A stretch of DNA of 32,000 nt from Candidatus Methanoperedens sp. GTDB taxonomy: Archaea > Halobacteriota > Methanosarcinia > Methanosarcinales > Methanoperedenaceae. The notes below the pieces were generated by a model that had not been told where the DNA came from, searched no databases, and worked only from the letters and a program-made list of their open reading frames with translations. A program made the position numbers and the translations under genes. The stretch lies in the NCBI GenBank assembly GCA_027460535.1, contig JAPZAR010000012.1:43875-75874 (forward strand), in the 5' to 3' direction. Positions 1 to 8,286 of the stretch are shown here, one piece after another. The stretch's first letter is position 1; each line of letters opens with the position of its first letter.

Positions 1-432
1 GGTATAAAGATCTGTCTTTCCGCAGATGAACCCTTGATAGGTCACAGCGGTGTGTTTTTCACGCCTTTTGCACAGAGGATAAATGGCATCAATGAGGTAA
101 CAAACATAGATCCATCCCTTGCGCCCCCTGGAAAGCACCTTGTGATGTCCCATCAAGCAGTTTTATCAGATGACCTGGAGCAGGAAATAAATGCAGGACT
201 TTCCGACCTGAAGCGACTCTTCCCCGGAAAGAAATACGAAGTTCTGATGGTCCAGTCATATTCTAACGGCTGGCCGGTGAACAGGGCATCTTCTGGCAGC
301 GATAGCGGGAACAGGACGCCGATTCGCAATCTTTTTGTCGTGGGGGACGGTGCGAAAGGGAAGGGCGGGATAGAGGTGGAGGGCGTGGCACTGGGGGTCA
401 GGAATGCGATGAGGGAGATAGGAATAGAGTAG
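1..432 (+). CDS. C-terminal part of an FAD/NAD(P)-dependent oxidoreductase (CrtI/phytoene-desaturase-like family); 5' end lies outside the window
   Basis: Frame 1 is open from base 1 (GIKICLSADEPLIGHSG...), so the ATG at 34 is internal. The C-terminal LFVVGDGAKGKGGIEVEGVALG resembles the terminal FAD-binding segment of amine-oxidase/CrtI-type flavoproteins. Confidence 0.55.
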   Translation, partial: GIKICLSADEPLIGHSGVFFTPFAQRINGINEVTNIDPSLAPPGKHLVMSHQAVLSDDLEQEINAGLSDLKRLFPGKKYEVLMVQSYSNGWPVNRASSGSDSGNRTPIRNLFVVGDGAKGKGGIEVEGVALGVRNAMREIGIE

Positions 433-533
433 TAGAAAATACAAAATGAAGTATTTATTTAATGGATAAATTACAATCTCTCAAGAGGATTGTGCGGTCT
501 AAAGCAAAAGTTGTCAGCTATTAGTAAAATTTA

Positions 534-587
534 GAGGAACCAAAAAATAGTAATTTTTTTGGATAGGATAGGAATACTCGGTTCCTC
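534..587. repeat. Nested inverted repeat (possible hairpin, terminator or regulatory element) in the 252-bp spacer
   Basis: GAGGAACC (534-541) pairs with GGTTCCTC (580-587). The inner pair is CCAAAAAA (540-547) with TTTTTTTGG (554-562). A GGATA-GGATA-GGAATA run follows at 561-576. Confidence 0.35.
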
Positions 588-684
588 AAGATACACAATG
601 TGGTTGACTATTTAAAGCGATTTTCCAAGATTATACCCAAATTAATACCAAATTTAATAAACAATGTGAATGTAAGAGCAATTC

Positions 685-1590
685 ATGGACGTCGTTCTGT
701 CTAAACCTGTCGATTGTTTGTGTGATTTCACATACGATTTTTACTGGCAGCATAAAGGGGGTCGGCTTTCTCCCTCCGGCATTATCCCTTTCCAGGAAGG
801 GACTTCTTACACCTACTCCGATCTCGTTGCATGTTTGAAGAGGGAGGAGGATGTTCATATCATAGGTAATGCAGGGCGCAGGCTCGGAAGCAGTCTCGGG
901 GTTGATCTCAAATACTTTGGCGGGACAGGAAGTTCGCTGAAGGTTGGGTCGATCATCGTGGATGGTGATGTCGATACGCGCATGGGTATAAGCATGGTCT
1001 CGGGAGCCATGTATGTCAGCGGAAAAATAGGACAGCCTCTTGGTAATGTTATCGAGGTGGAGTCAGACCGCTCTGGCTACAGGGAATACCGCTCCATCAC
1101 GGAGGTGCTGCAGGCGGGGTCGAAAATCCCGGTAATACCTCCCAATATCTTGAAAGAAAATACCCTCTTGATCAGAGACAATATAATCCGGGATACCATT
1201 GCCGCCAGGCTTGATTCCGGTTCCAGGGTCATTGTAGATGGGAATGCGGGAATGAGTACCGGTATATTGATGAAGCAGGGATATATTCACGTGGAGGGAG
1301 ATTCGGGAATGAATACCGGGGTGCTTCAGAGAGGGGGTGTTCTGATAGTGAATAATACGGAGGAGTTCGCAGCGACAGAAATGAAAGGAGGGACTCTTAT
1401 AATAAAGGGAAAGTCCAGAGGCTACGTAGGGGCGAACATGAAAGGAGGTGCAATATTTCTTAAGGGCGAAGCGATGCTCAAACCCATTGCGATTGATGAA
1501 AGCGATATCAGGATGCTTATCAAGCTCCTGGGAATAAGCCAGGTTGAAGCCATGATGTTTAAGAAATATGGCGTCCCAATGAAATCATAA
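685..1590 (+). CDS. GXGXG-motif beta-helix protein (glutamate synthase alpha-subunit C-terminal domain / formylmethanofuran dehydrogenase subunit C-like)
   Basis: Repeated G-x-G-x-G-type turns are present (IIGNAGRRLGSSLG, VDGDVDTRMG, VSGKIGQPLG, VDGNAGMSTG, VEGDSGMNTG, IKGKSRGYVGANMKGGAIFLKG). The start is uncertain because the N-terminal ~30 aa are atypical. The 3' end overlaps convergent lpdA by 6 nt. Confidence 0.7.
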   Translation: MDVVLSKPVDCLCDFTYDFYWQHKGGRLSPSGIIPFQEGTSYTYSDLVACLKREEDVHIIGNAGRRLGSSLGVDLKYFGGTGSSLKVGSIIVDGDVDTRMGISMVSGAMYVSGKIGQPLGNVIEVESDRSGYREYRSITEVLQAGSKIPVIPPNILKENTLLIRDNIIRDTIAARLDSGSRVIVDGNAGMSTGILMKQGYIHVEGDSGMNTGVLQRGGVLIVNNTEEFAATEMKGGTLIIKGKSRGYVGANMKGGAIFLKGEAMLKPIAIDESDIRMLIKLLGISQVEAMMFKKYGVPMKS

Positions 1591-2994
1591 ATGGATCGCC
1601 TTCCCCAGCGCCACCTCCGCGGCCTCAGCCAGCATTTCAGGAAGCGTGGGATGGGGATGTATGGTTCCAGCTAGGTCTTCGAGGAAAGCGGTCATTTCTA
1701 TGGAATGCGATGCTTCGCTTATCAACATGGAGGCATTGGCCCCCACAATGTGTATCCCCAGTATCTCCCCATTCTTCTTATTCGCCACTATCTTAACAAA
1801 TCCATCCGTCCTGTCCATCGTGAGCGCACTCCCTGATGCCCGGAATGGGAATTTGCCAGAGGTTATTTCATAACCTGCTTTCCTGGCAGTTTCTTCATCC
1901 AGGCCAACTGTGGCTATCTCCGGATCAGAGAAGACAGCCTCTGGTATCGCCCTGTTATCAAAAGCGCTTGGCAGTCCTGCAATAACCTCGGCTGCGACCT
2001 TCCCATCCCTGAAAGCCTTATGTGCCAGGAACGGAGGACCCACGATATCGCCAATGGCGTATATCTTTGCATCCGTAGACTGTCTTTTTTCATTGACTTT
2101 GATAAAACCTTTTCCATCAAGTTCGACCTTCGTATTCTCAAGGCCAAGATTTTCGCTGTTCGGCTTTACTCCAACGGCAATCATTATTTTGTCAGCTTTG
2201 AGTTCTGTCTTATTATTCTTGTCATCCAGGACGGTCAATACCGATCCGTCTTTTTCCGTCCGCAAACTTTCCGGCCTGGAATTATAATACACATCTATTC
2301 CAAGTTTTTTGAATTTCTGGCTTACCACATCGACCAATTCAGGATCGAATTTTGTGAGAATCCGGGATGATCGCTGGATCATCTTTACCCTTGTTCCGAG
2401 TTTTGCATACATTGTCCCGAGCTCCACGCTGATATACCCTGCCCCTATTATCACCATGTCCTGGGGAACTTTCGTTAGCCCCAGCGCCTCATTTGAGCTG
2501 ATAACGAGTTTGCCGTCGATGGGAAATCCCGGGAAATCCTGGGGACGCGAGCCTGTGGCAATTATGGCATTTCCGAACCTGATGGTTGAGGTTTCACCGT
2601 CCGGCAATTTGATCCTTGCCTTATCCGATGACTCTAAATAAGCCTCACCTTTTATCACCTGCACACCGTATTTCTTGCAGAGATGACTTATGCCATCCCT
2701 GAGTTTTTTTATGACTTCGTATTTCCACTGCTGGAGCTTTTTATAATCGAATTCGACCGAACACTTTATTCCTCTATTGCCCGGATTCCTTATGTCATAG
2801 ATAAAATCGGCCGCATGTATAAGGGTCTTTGAAGGGATACAGCCCCTGAAAACGCAGGCGCCTCCCAGGTCATATTTTTCAACAAGTATAACATCCTTGC
2901 CGAGCTGGGAAGCACGTATAGCTGCCGTATAACCCCCTGGCCCGCCCCCGACGACGAGAACATCGCATCCCGTGACGATATCTCCCATTACCAT
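1585..2994 (-). CDS. lpdA: Dihydrolipoyl dehydrogenase (E3 component)
   Basis: FAD GxGxxG motif (VVGGGPGG), redox-active disulfide GGACVFRGCIPSK, NAD fold IIGAGYISVELG and C-terminal HPHPTLPE His-Glu dyad. The ATG directly abuts the E2 stop codon. Confidence 0.92.
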   Translation of the reverse strand: MVMGDIVTGCDVLVVGGGPGGYTAAIRASQLGKDVILVEKYDLGGACVFRGCIPSKTLIHAADFIYDIRNPGNRGIKCSVEFDYKKLQQWKYEVIKKLRDGISHLCKKYGVQVIKGEAYLESSDKARIKLPDGETSTIRFGNAIIATGSRPQDFPGFPIDGKLVISSNEALGLTKVPQDMVIIGAGYISVELGTMYAKLGTRVKMIQRSSRILTKFDPELVDVVSQKFKKLGIDVYYNSRPESLRTEKDGSVLTVLDDKNNKTELKADKIMIAVGVKPNSENLGLENTKVELDGKGFIKVNEKRQSTDAKIYAIGDIVGPPFLAHKAFRDGKVAAEVIAGLPSAFDNRAIPEAVFSDPEIATVGLDEETARKAGYEITSGKFPFRASGSALTMDRTDGFVKIVANKKNGEILGIHIVGANASMLISEASHSIEMTAFLEDLAGTIHPHPTLPEMLAEAAEVALGKAIHL

Positions 2995-4206
2995 CTACAT
3001 CACATCCACAAGGAACAAATCCGGGTCTTTCAGGTGATCCATCAGGGTGTTCATGAACCTCGCGGCCTGCGCGCCATCAAGTGCCCTGTGGTCAAATGAC
3101 AGAACCAGAGGCAGTATCTTTCTTATCTTGATCTCTCCATCGACCACCCATGGCATGTCCCTGATCCTGTGCACGCCGAGTATGGCTACGTCGGGAGGGT
3201 TGATTATCGGAGTGGAAAAAATACCTCCTATACTTCCTATGTTCGTTATGGTGAAGGTATTTCCTTTTAGGTCCGCGAGCTTTATTTTTCGGCTCCGGGC
3301 TTCCTCAGCGAGTTTTTCTGTCTCCTTTGCCAGTTCCAGGATGCTTTTCTGATCCGCATTCTTAATGACCGGGACCATCAGCCCGTCAGGTGTATCCACA
3401 GCAATACCTATGTTATAGTAGTGCTTCAGAACGATCTCATTCTTTTTCGAATCAAGGGATGCGTTCAGGTACTGATGCTGCTTCAACGCCACTGTGACTG
3501 CTTTAATAATGAATGCAAGATAGGTAAGTTTTATGCCCTTCTCTTCTGCGGTTTTTTTCTCCTTTTCCCGCAGCTTTACAAGATCCGTCACATCTGCCTC
3601 ATCCATTGAAACAACATGGGGCGCCGTGAACTTGGACTGGACCATCCTTTCGCCTATGGTTTTTCGGATGCCTTTTATTGGTATCCTCTCCTCCGGAAGT
3701 TTCATCTCTGCTTCTTCAGCCTCAGGTTTTGCTTCAGCCTCCGGCGCTCCTGCGAACCTTTTTATGTCTTCATCAGTTACCCTTCCACCGGGACCGCTGC
3801 CGGAAACTCTGGATACATCAACGCCAAGTTCCCTTGCGAGGCGCCTCGTGGAGGGGGTAGCTAAGACCCTTTCCAGAGGCGGAATCCCGGGCGGCTTGAC
3901 TTGAGGTTTGATTTCTGGAGGTCTTATTTCTGGCTTCGCTTCAGAAATCTGTACCTCTTCTCCGGGCAGAACAAGAGATGCAAGTAAGCTTCCCACCTTG
4001 ATAACATCCCCCTCTTTTCCAAAGAGTTTCGCGACCTTTCCTGATTTAGATGTGGGTATTTCAACAATCGCCTTGTCTGTCTCGATCTCAGCCACGGCCT
4101 GATCCGCTTTTACTTCATCTCCAACCTTTACAAGCCATTTTACAAGTGTCCCTTCAGTTATGCCTTCCCCGACATCCGGAAACTTTACATCGACCATGTT
4201 CATCAC
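2995..4206 (-). CDS. Dihydrolipoamide acyltransferase (E2 component) with lipoyl, E3/E1-binding and catalytic domains
   Basis: Lipoyl-lysine motif AEIETDKAIVEIP, Pro/Ala-rich linkers, peripheral subunit-binding domain ATPSTRRLARELGVDVSRVSGSGPGGRVT, and catalytic SFDHRALDGAQAARF. The track start at 4206 is a GTG. ATGs at 4203 or 4197 (MVDVKFPDVGEG, 6 nt after GAGGTG) are alternatives. Confidence 0.92.
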   Translation of the reverse strand: MMNMVDVKFPDVGEGITEGTLVKWLVKVGDEVKADQAVAEIETDKAIVEIPTSKSGKVAKLFGKEGDVIKVGSLLASLVLPGEEVQISEAKPEIRPPEIKPQVKPPGIPPLERVLATPSTRRLARELGVDVSRVSGSGPGGRVTDEDIKRFAGAPEAEAKPEAEEAEMKLPEERIPIKGIRKTIGERMVQSKFTAPHVVSMDEADVTDLVKLREKEKKTAEEKGIKLTYLAFIIKAVTVALKQHQYLNASLDSKKNEIVLKHYYNIGIAVDTPDGLMVPVIKNADQKSILELAKETEKLAEEARSRKIKLADLKGNTFTITNIGSIGGIFSTPIINPPDVAILGVHRIRDMPWVVDGEIKIRKILPLVLSFDHRALDGAQAARFMNTLMDHLKDPDLFLVDVM

Positions 4207-4207
4207 C

Positions 4208-5179
4208 TCAAAAAGCTGCCACCTCTTTTATGGCAAGAGCCACTTTTTCTGCATCGGGCAGATAATAATCTTCAAGCTTCGGCAACGGGACAGGGACATC
4301 ATACCCAGTAACCCTTTTGACCGGGGCCTCAAGATGAAGGAAAGCTTTCTCATTGATCCTTGCGATTATCTCTGCGCCCAGACCCAGGGTTCTCGGTTCT
4401 TCATGGACTATCACAGCTCTGCCTGTTTTTTTGACCGAGTCTACAATGATCTTCTCATCCAGGGGTGAGAGCGTGCGCAGGTCTATCAGTTCAATGCTGA
4501 TATCCTTGACTATTTCCATGGCCTCCTGGCAGACCTTCACCATGGCACCCCAGGCTATCAGTGTCAGGTCATCGCCTTCTGTCATCTTCTTACCCTCGCC
4601 TAAGGGCACAGTGTAATCGCCTTCGGGCACCTCTTCCCTGAAGGCACGGTAAAGTCTCTTGGGCTCAAAATAGAAGACCGGGTCGGGATCCCTGATGGCC
4701 GATAGCAGCAAACCTTTCGCATCATACGGGGATGACGGGATCACAACTTTCATTCCCGGAATGTGAATAAAAAAAGTGGCTACGGCCTCTGAATGATGTT
4801 CAAGGGCTTTCACTCCTCCTCCGTATGGCGACCTTATCACAAGGGGGCAGTGATATGTGCCGCGCGATCGGTACCTTATCCTGGAAGCATGTGCTGCAAG
4901 CTGGTCTAGAGTCATATATGAAAATCCTTCGAACTGTATCTCAGCCACGGGTTTGAGTCCAGAGACTGCCATGCCGATCGCTGTCCCCACGATCCCGGAT
5001 TCAGCAAGAGGCGTATCGATTACCCGGTCACTACCAAACTTTTCAAGAAGACCCTCGGTGACCCTGAACACGCCTCCATCAACGCCCACGTCCTCGCCCA
5101 TGACCACGACTGCTGGATCTCTTTCCATTTCTTCATGCAAGGCAAGGTTGATCGCCGCCACCATGTTGAGCTTTACCAT
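4208..5179 (-). CDS. 2-oxoacid dehydrogenase E1 component, beta subunit
   Basis: Transketolase-like pyrimidine-binding and C-terminal domains (MGEDVGVDGGVFRVT, IDTPLAESGIVGTAIGMA, EIQFEGF). I prefer the ATG at 5179 (MVKLNMVAAINLA), 1 nt after the E1alpha stop and preceded by a G-rich SD, over the track start at 5212. Confidence 0.9.
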   Translation of the reverse strand: MVKLNMVAAINLALHEEMERDPAVVVMGEDVGVDGGVFRVTEGLLEKFGSDRVIDTPLAESGIVGTAIGMAVSGLKPVAEIQFEGFSYMTLDQLAAHASRIRYRSRGTYHCPLVIRSPYGGGVKALEHHSEAVATFFIHIPGMKVVIPSSPYDAKGLLLSAIRDPDPVFYFEPKRLYRAFREEVPEGDYTVPLGEGKKMTEGDDLTLIAWGAMVKVCQEAMEIVKDISIELIDLRTLSPLDEKIIVDSVKKTGRAVIVHEEPRTLGLGAEIIARINEKAFLHLEAPVKRVTGYDVPVPLPKLEDYYLPDAEKVALAIKEVAAF

Positions 5180-5180
5180 C

Positions 5181-6266
5181 TCATCCCCCCTTCCTGTTGG
5201 CGATAAAAGCAAGGAGTTCGTCCATTTGCTCTTTCAGGTTCTGCGGCATTTCAGCATACACGTATTTGAACATGTTCTCCACGCCAGGTTTATAGGCCTC
5301 GGCCTCTTCCACCGCCTTTTCTATCTCATCAGTAAGTTCTTTTATCAGCCCATCTTCATAACCCTGGTTCCAGATACCTTTTTTCTCAATGTATATCCGA
5401 AGACGTTTTATGGGATCTTTTTTCCTCCATTCCTCCTCTTCGGATTTCTGTCTGTATCGTGTTGGATCGTCGGAGGTAGTATGCGCACCCAGCCGGTAGG
5501 TGAAACACTCTATCATAGTGGGTCCTCCTCCCGACCTTGCTTTATCCAGGGCGGTCTTTGTGGCGCTGTACACGGCAAGCACATCATTCCCATCCACCTG
5601 GATACCTTCAAATCCATAAGCCAGGGCCTTCTGGGCCAGAGTTTTTGAGGCGGTCTGTTTTTCCCTGGGCAGGGATATGGCATACTGGTTGTTCTGGCAG
5701 ATGAAAACTGTCGGGGTCCTGAATACTCCTGCAAAATTCATTCCTTCATGGAAATCCCCTTCCGAGGTTGCGCCATCCCCGAAATAGACGACAGATGCTA
5801 TGTTCTGCTTCTGGATCTTCGCTGCCCATGCTGCCCCGACCGCGTGGAGAACCTGGGTTGAAACGGGAATTGAAATCATAAAGTTCCTGGCAGGAAGCCA
5901 CATGTTCGCATCTTCAGACCCCATCCAGTAAATATAAAGAAGCTTCATGGGGATGCCTCTTGCGATCTGGACCCCGTGTTCCCTGAAAGCCGGGAAAAAC
6001 CAATCATCAGGTTTCATGGCAAGGGCACTTCCTATCGCGGTCGCTTCCTGCCCGAGCGAAGAACCGTAGGTAAGCATCCTGCCCTGGCGCTGGAGTTTCA
6101 ATGCCTTATCATCGTACATTCGGGTAAGCACCATGGTCCTGTAAAGTCTTTCAAGCATCGCATTGTCAAGTTCTGGCTCCAGGCTCTTATCCACATTGCC
6201 CTCAGGATCAAGAATAGAAAGCCAGTCAACACTCAAATCCAGAATTTTTTGTCTTGGCAATTTCAC
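5181..6266 (-). CDS. 2-oxoacid dehydrogenase E1 component, alpha subunit (thiamine-diphosphate dependent)
   Basis: TPP-binding motif YFGDGATSEGDFHEGMNFAGVFRTPTVFICQNNQYAIS. The track start at 6266 is a GTG directly after GGAGGT. TTG at 6260 is an alternative. Confidence 0.9.
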   Translation of the reverse strand: MKLPRQKILDLSVDWLSILDPEGNVDKSLEPELDNAMLERLYRTMVLTRMYDDKALKLQRQGRMLTYGSSLGQEATAIGSALAMKPDDWFFPAFREHGVQIARGIPMKLLYIYWMGSEDANMWLPARNFMISIPVSTQVLHAVGAAWAAKIQKQNIASVVYFGDGATSEGDFHEGMNFAGVFRTPTVFICQNNQYAISLPREKQTASKTLAQKALAYGFEGIQVDGNDVLAVYSATKTALDKARSGGGPTMIECFTYRLGAHTTSDDPTRYRQKSEEEEWRKKDPIKRLRIYIEKKGIWNQGYEDGLIKELTDEIEKAVEEAEAYKPGVENMFKYVYAEMPQNLKEQMDELLAFIANRKGG

Positions 6267-6301
6267 ACCTCCCAGTATTAATTAAATGGTTCTTGACCTT
6301 T

Positions 6302-7147
6302 TTAATCTTTGCTGAATGCCTCTGCCATATATGAACTCCTGACAAGAGGCCCGCTGGAAACTGAAATAAATCCTTTGGATTCGGCTATTTTTTTATAGAA
6401 AGCGAACTTCACAGGCGGAACATATTCCTTAACTTCCATCTGCTTTTCAGAAGGGCGGAGGTACTGGCCAAGGGTAAGGAAATCAACACCCGCAGTTCTG
6501 AGGTCATCCATTGTTCTAAGCACCATTTCTTCTGCTTCCCCAATACCCAACATCAAAGAAGATTTCGTGTTTATGTAGGGGGCGATCTGTTTTACCTTTG
6601 AGAGCACTTCAAGGGAGAGATGATACCCTGCCCTCCTATCCCTTGCCAGAGCCTGAAATTCCTTTACAGTTTCGATATTGTGCCCGACAACGTCCGGACC
6701 CGCCTCGATTATTTTGCGAAGGCAATCTTCGCTGCCCTGGAAATCCGGGATCAGCGCCTCTACTATAACCTTCATGTTTTTTATCGCCTTTATGCAATCT
6801 GCGAAATGCTCCGCTCCTCCGTCAGCAAGGTCATCCCTGTCCACCGAGGTCAGGACGGCATACCCAAGGCCCATTCTCTTCACGGCACGGGCTATTCTTG
6901 CAGGTTCGGAAGTGTCAAGGGGCTCACCTTCTAATCCCTTTTTGACAGCGCAGAAGCTGCAGGTCCGCGTGCAGACAGAACCCATTATCATAAAGGTGGC
7001 TGTACCCCTGCTCCAGCATTCCCCCACATTCGGGCACCGTGCACCTGTGCAGACAGTGTTCAGGCCGAGCTCTTCCAGCGAGCTCTTCATGGTCAGGAAC
7101 TTTTCCCCTGAGGGGGGTCTGGTTTTGAGCCAGCCGGGTTTTGTCAT
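6302..7147 (-). CDS. lipA: Lipoyl synthase (radical SAM)
   Basis: N-terminal auxiliary-cluster cysteines (CTGARCPNVGEC), the radical SAM triad CTRTCSFC, and a C-terminal RSSY motif. It lies 35 nt upstream of E1alpha on the same strand. Confidence 0.92.
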   Translation of the reverse strand: MTKPGWLKTRPPSGEKFLTMKSSLEELGLNTVCTGARCPNVGECWSRGTATFMIMGSVCTRTCSFCAVKKGLEGEPLDTSEPARIARAVKRMGLGYAVLTSVDRDDLADGGAEHFADCIKAIKNMKVIVEALIPDFQGSEDCLRKIIEAGPDVVGHNIETVKEFQALARDRRAGYHLSLEVLSKVKQIAPYINTKSSLMLGIGEAEEMVLRTMDDLRTAGVDFLTLGQYLRPSEKQMEVKEYVPPVKFAFYKKIAESKGFISVSSGPLVRSSYMAEAFSKD

Positions 7148-7318
7148 GATATAATGTGTTACCTTTATTCAGATAAATCTGATGAAAAGGAAATTCATGA
7201 CTTGATAAGGCAGCAGATTGACAACAGGTAATCTTAAATGTCCCCCGGCTCATTATTTGTATATCATCAAAAAATGGAAATGCGTAAACAGGAAATATAA
7301 AATAAAAGAGTAAAAAAT

Positions 7319-7474
7319 ATGTCCGGTGTCAGAGACGAATTTAAAATTAATATGTTGAGAGACGTAGGACTATACGAATGTATATGCAGGGATTGTGGAA
7401 ATAAGTTCAAGGGGCTGCCGGTAAGTAAGATTGAATGTCCTGCCTGTCGTTCTACGAATATATCCAAAAAATAG
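7319..7474 (+). CDS. Small (51 aa) zinc-ribbon protein, absent from the supplied ORF track
   Basis: My own translation is MSGVRDEFKINMLRDVGLYECICRDCGNKFKGLPVSKIECPACRSTNISKK*. It has a CxxC-x13-CxxC knuckle pair. An A/T-rich TATA-like box (AAATATAAAATAAAAG) sits ~10-25 nt upstream. It is divergent from lipA. Confidence 0.5.
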   Translation: MSGVRDEFKINMLRDVGLYECICRDCGNKFKGLPVSKIECPACRSTNISKK

Positions 7475-7657
7475 AAATTAGGACACAAATTCGGGAGAAT
7501 GCTCATGAGTATAGCATTTCTATCGAATTGCTTGTTTTATATGGTAATGTTCAGGCTCAGAGGGTTATGATTTAAGAGATAACATTAAATAACAACTCAT
7601 TGGCACAGACTTTATGATGCATAGGTTTAATGATTAATGATATTGTAATAGTGTTTC

Positions 7658-8044
7658 ATGAATCCGAAGGAAATCGTGAATACAAGTGAGGCGCCAAATG
7701 CTATCGGCCCTTACTCACAAGCTGTCAAGGTGAATAAAATGGTCTATCTGTCAGGTCAGATCGCGATCGACCCTAAGACCCAGCAGTTCATTGATGGTGA
7801 TGTAGAGACCCAGACAAAAAGAGTTCTTGATAACCTGAAAGCTGTTACTGAAGCATCGGGGAGCAGCCTTGAAAGTGTGGTCAAGACAACTATTTATCTA
7901 ACAGATATTAATGATTTTTCAAAAGTGAACCAGATTTATGCGTCTTATTTTTCTTTGGGCAAGCCTGCCCGTTCCACTGTATGTGTTGCAAAGCTTCCAA
8001 AAAACGCAAAGATAGAGATTGATGCGATTGCAGAGATTATTTGA
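7658..8044 (+). CDS. ridA: RidA/YjgF family reactive enamine/imine deaminase
   Basis: The 128-aa protein carries family hallmarks: APNAIGPYSQAVKVNKMVYLSGQI, VKTTIYLTDINDF, PARSTVCVAKLPKNAKIEIDAIA. Confidence 0.87.
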   Translation: MNPKEIVNTSEAPNAIGPYSQAVKVNKMVYLSGQIAIDPKTQQFIDGDVETQTKRVLDNLKAVTEASGSSLESVVKTTIYLTDINDFSKVNQIYASYFSLGKPARSTVCVAKLPKNAKIEIDAIAEII

Positions 8045-8286
8045 AATGGGAATAAGCATATCGTGATCAAACCCACAATCACTGATTTGCTGCTGAGGGA
8101 ATGTGGGGAGGCCATTTTGGTTGTGGAAGCACCGGCATGGAATGCTCGATGGTGTTGAATTTCTGTGGGATTGATTGTTTTCTATGATTCAATTGAGGAG
8201 CTTAGTTAATCTATCAAAAACTGCTCCCATCATAAAACTCATATAACCAAAGACAAATAAGATGCTATACTTTCCTTTTAATAATC

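Noticed and set aside
4857-5648. 263-aa plus-strand ORF spanning the E1beta/E1alpha junction
   Set aside because: It is antisense to two strongly supported genes. The product is Ser/Pro/Thr-rich low-complexity sequence with no motifs, which is a typical shadow ORF.
7267-7506. 79-aa minus-strand ORF from the track
   Set aside because: It is Leu/Ile/Phe/Ser-rich low-complexity sequence. The opposite strand encodes a much more convincing 51-aa zinc-ribbon ORF with a promoter-like element.
8045-8286. Tiny Cys-containing ORFs upstream of the cytochrome gene (for example the 27-aa MWGGHFGCGSTGMECSMVLNFCGIDCFL)
   Set aside because: They are very short, with no ribosome-binding or promoter signal that I can point to and no recognisable motif. 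They cannot be supported from the sequence alone.
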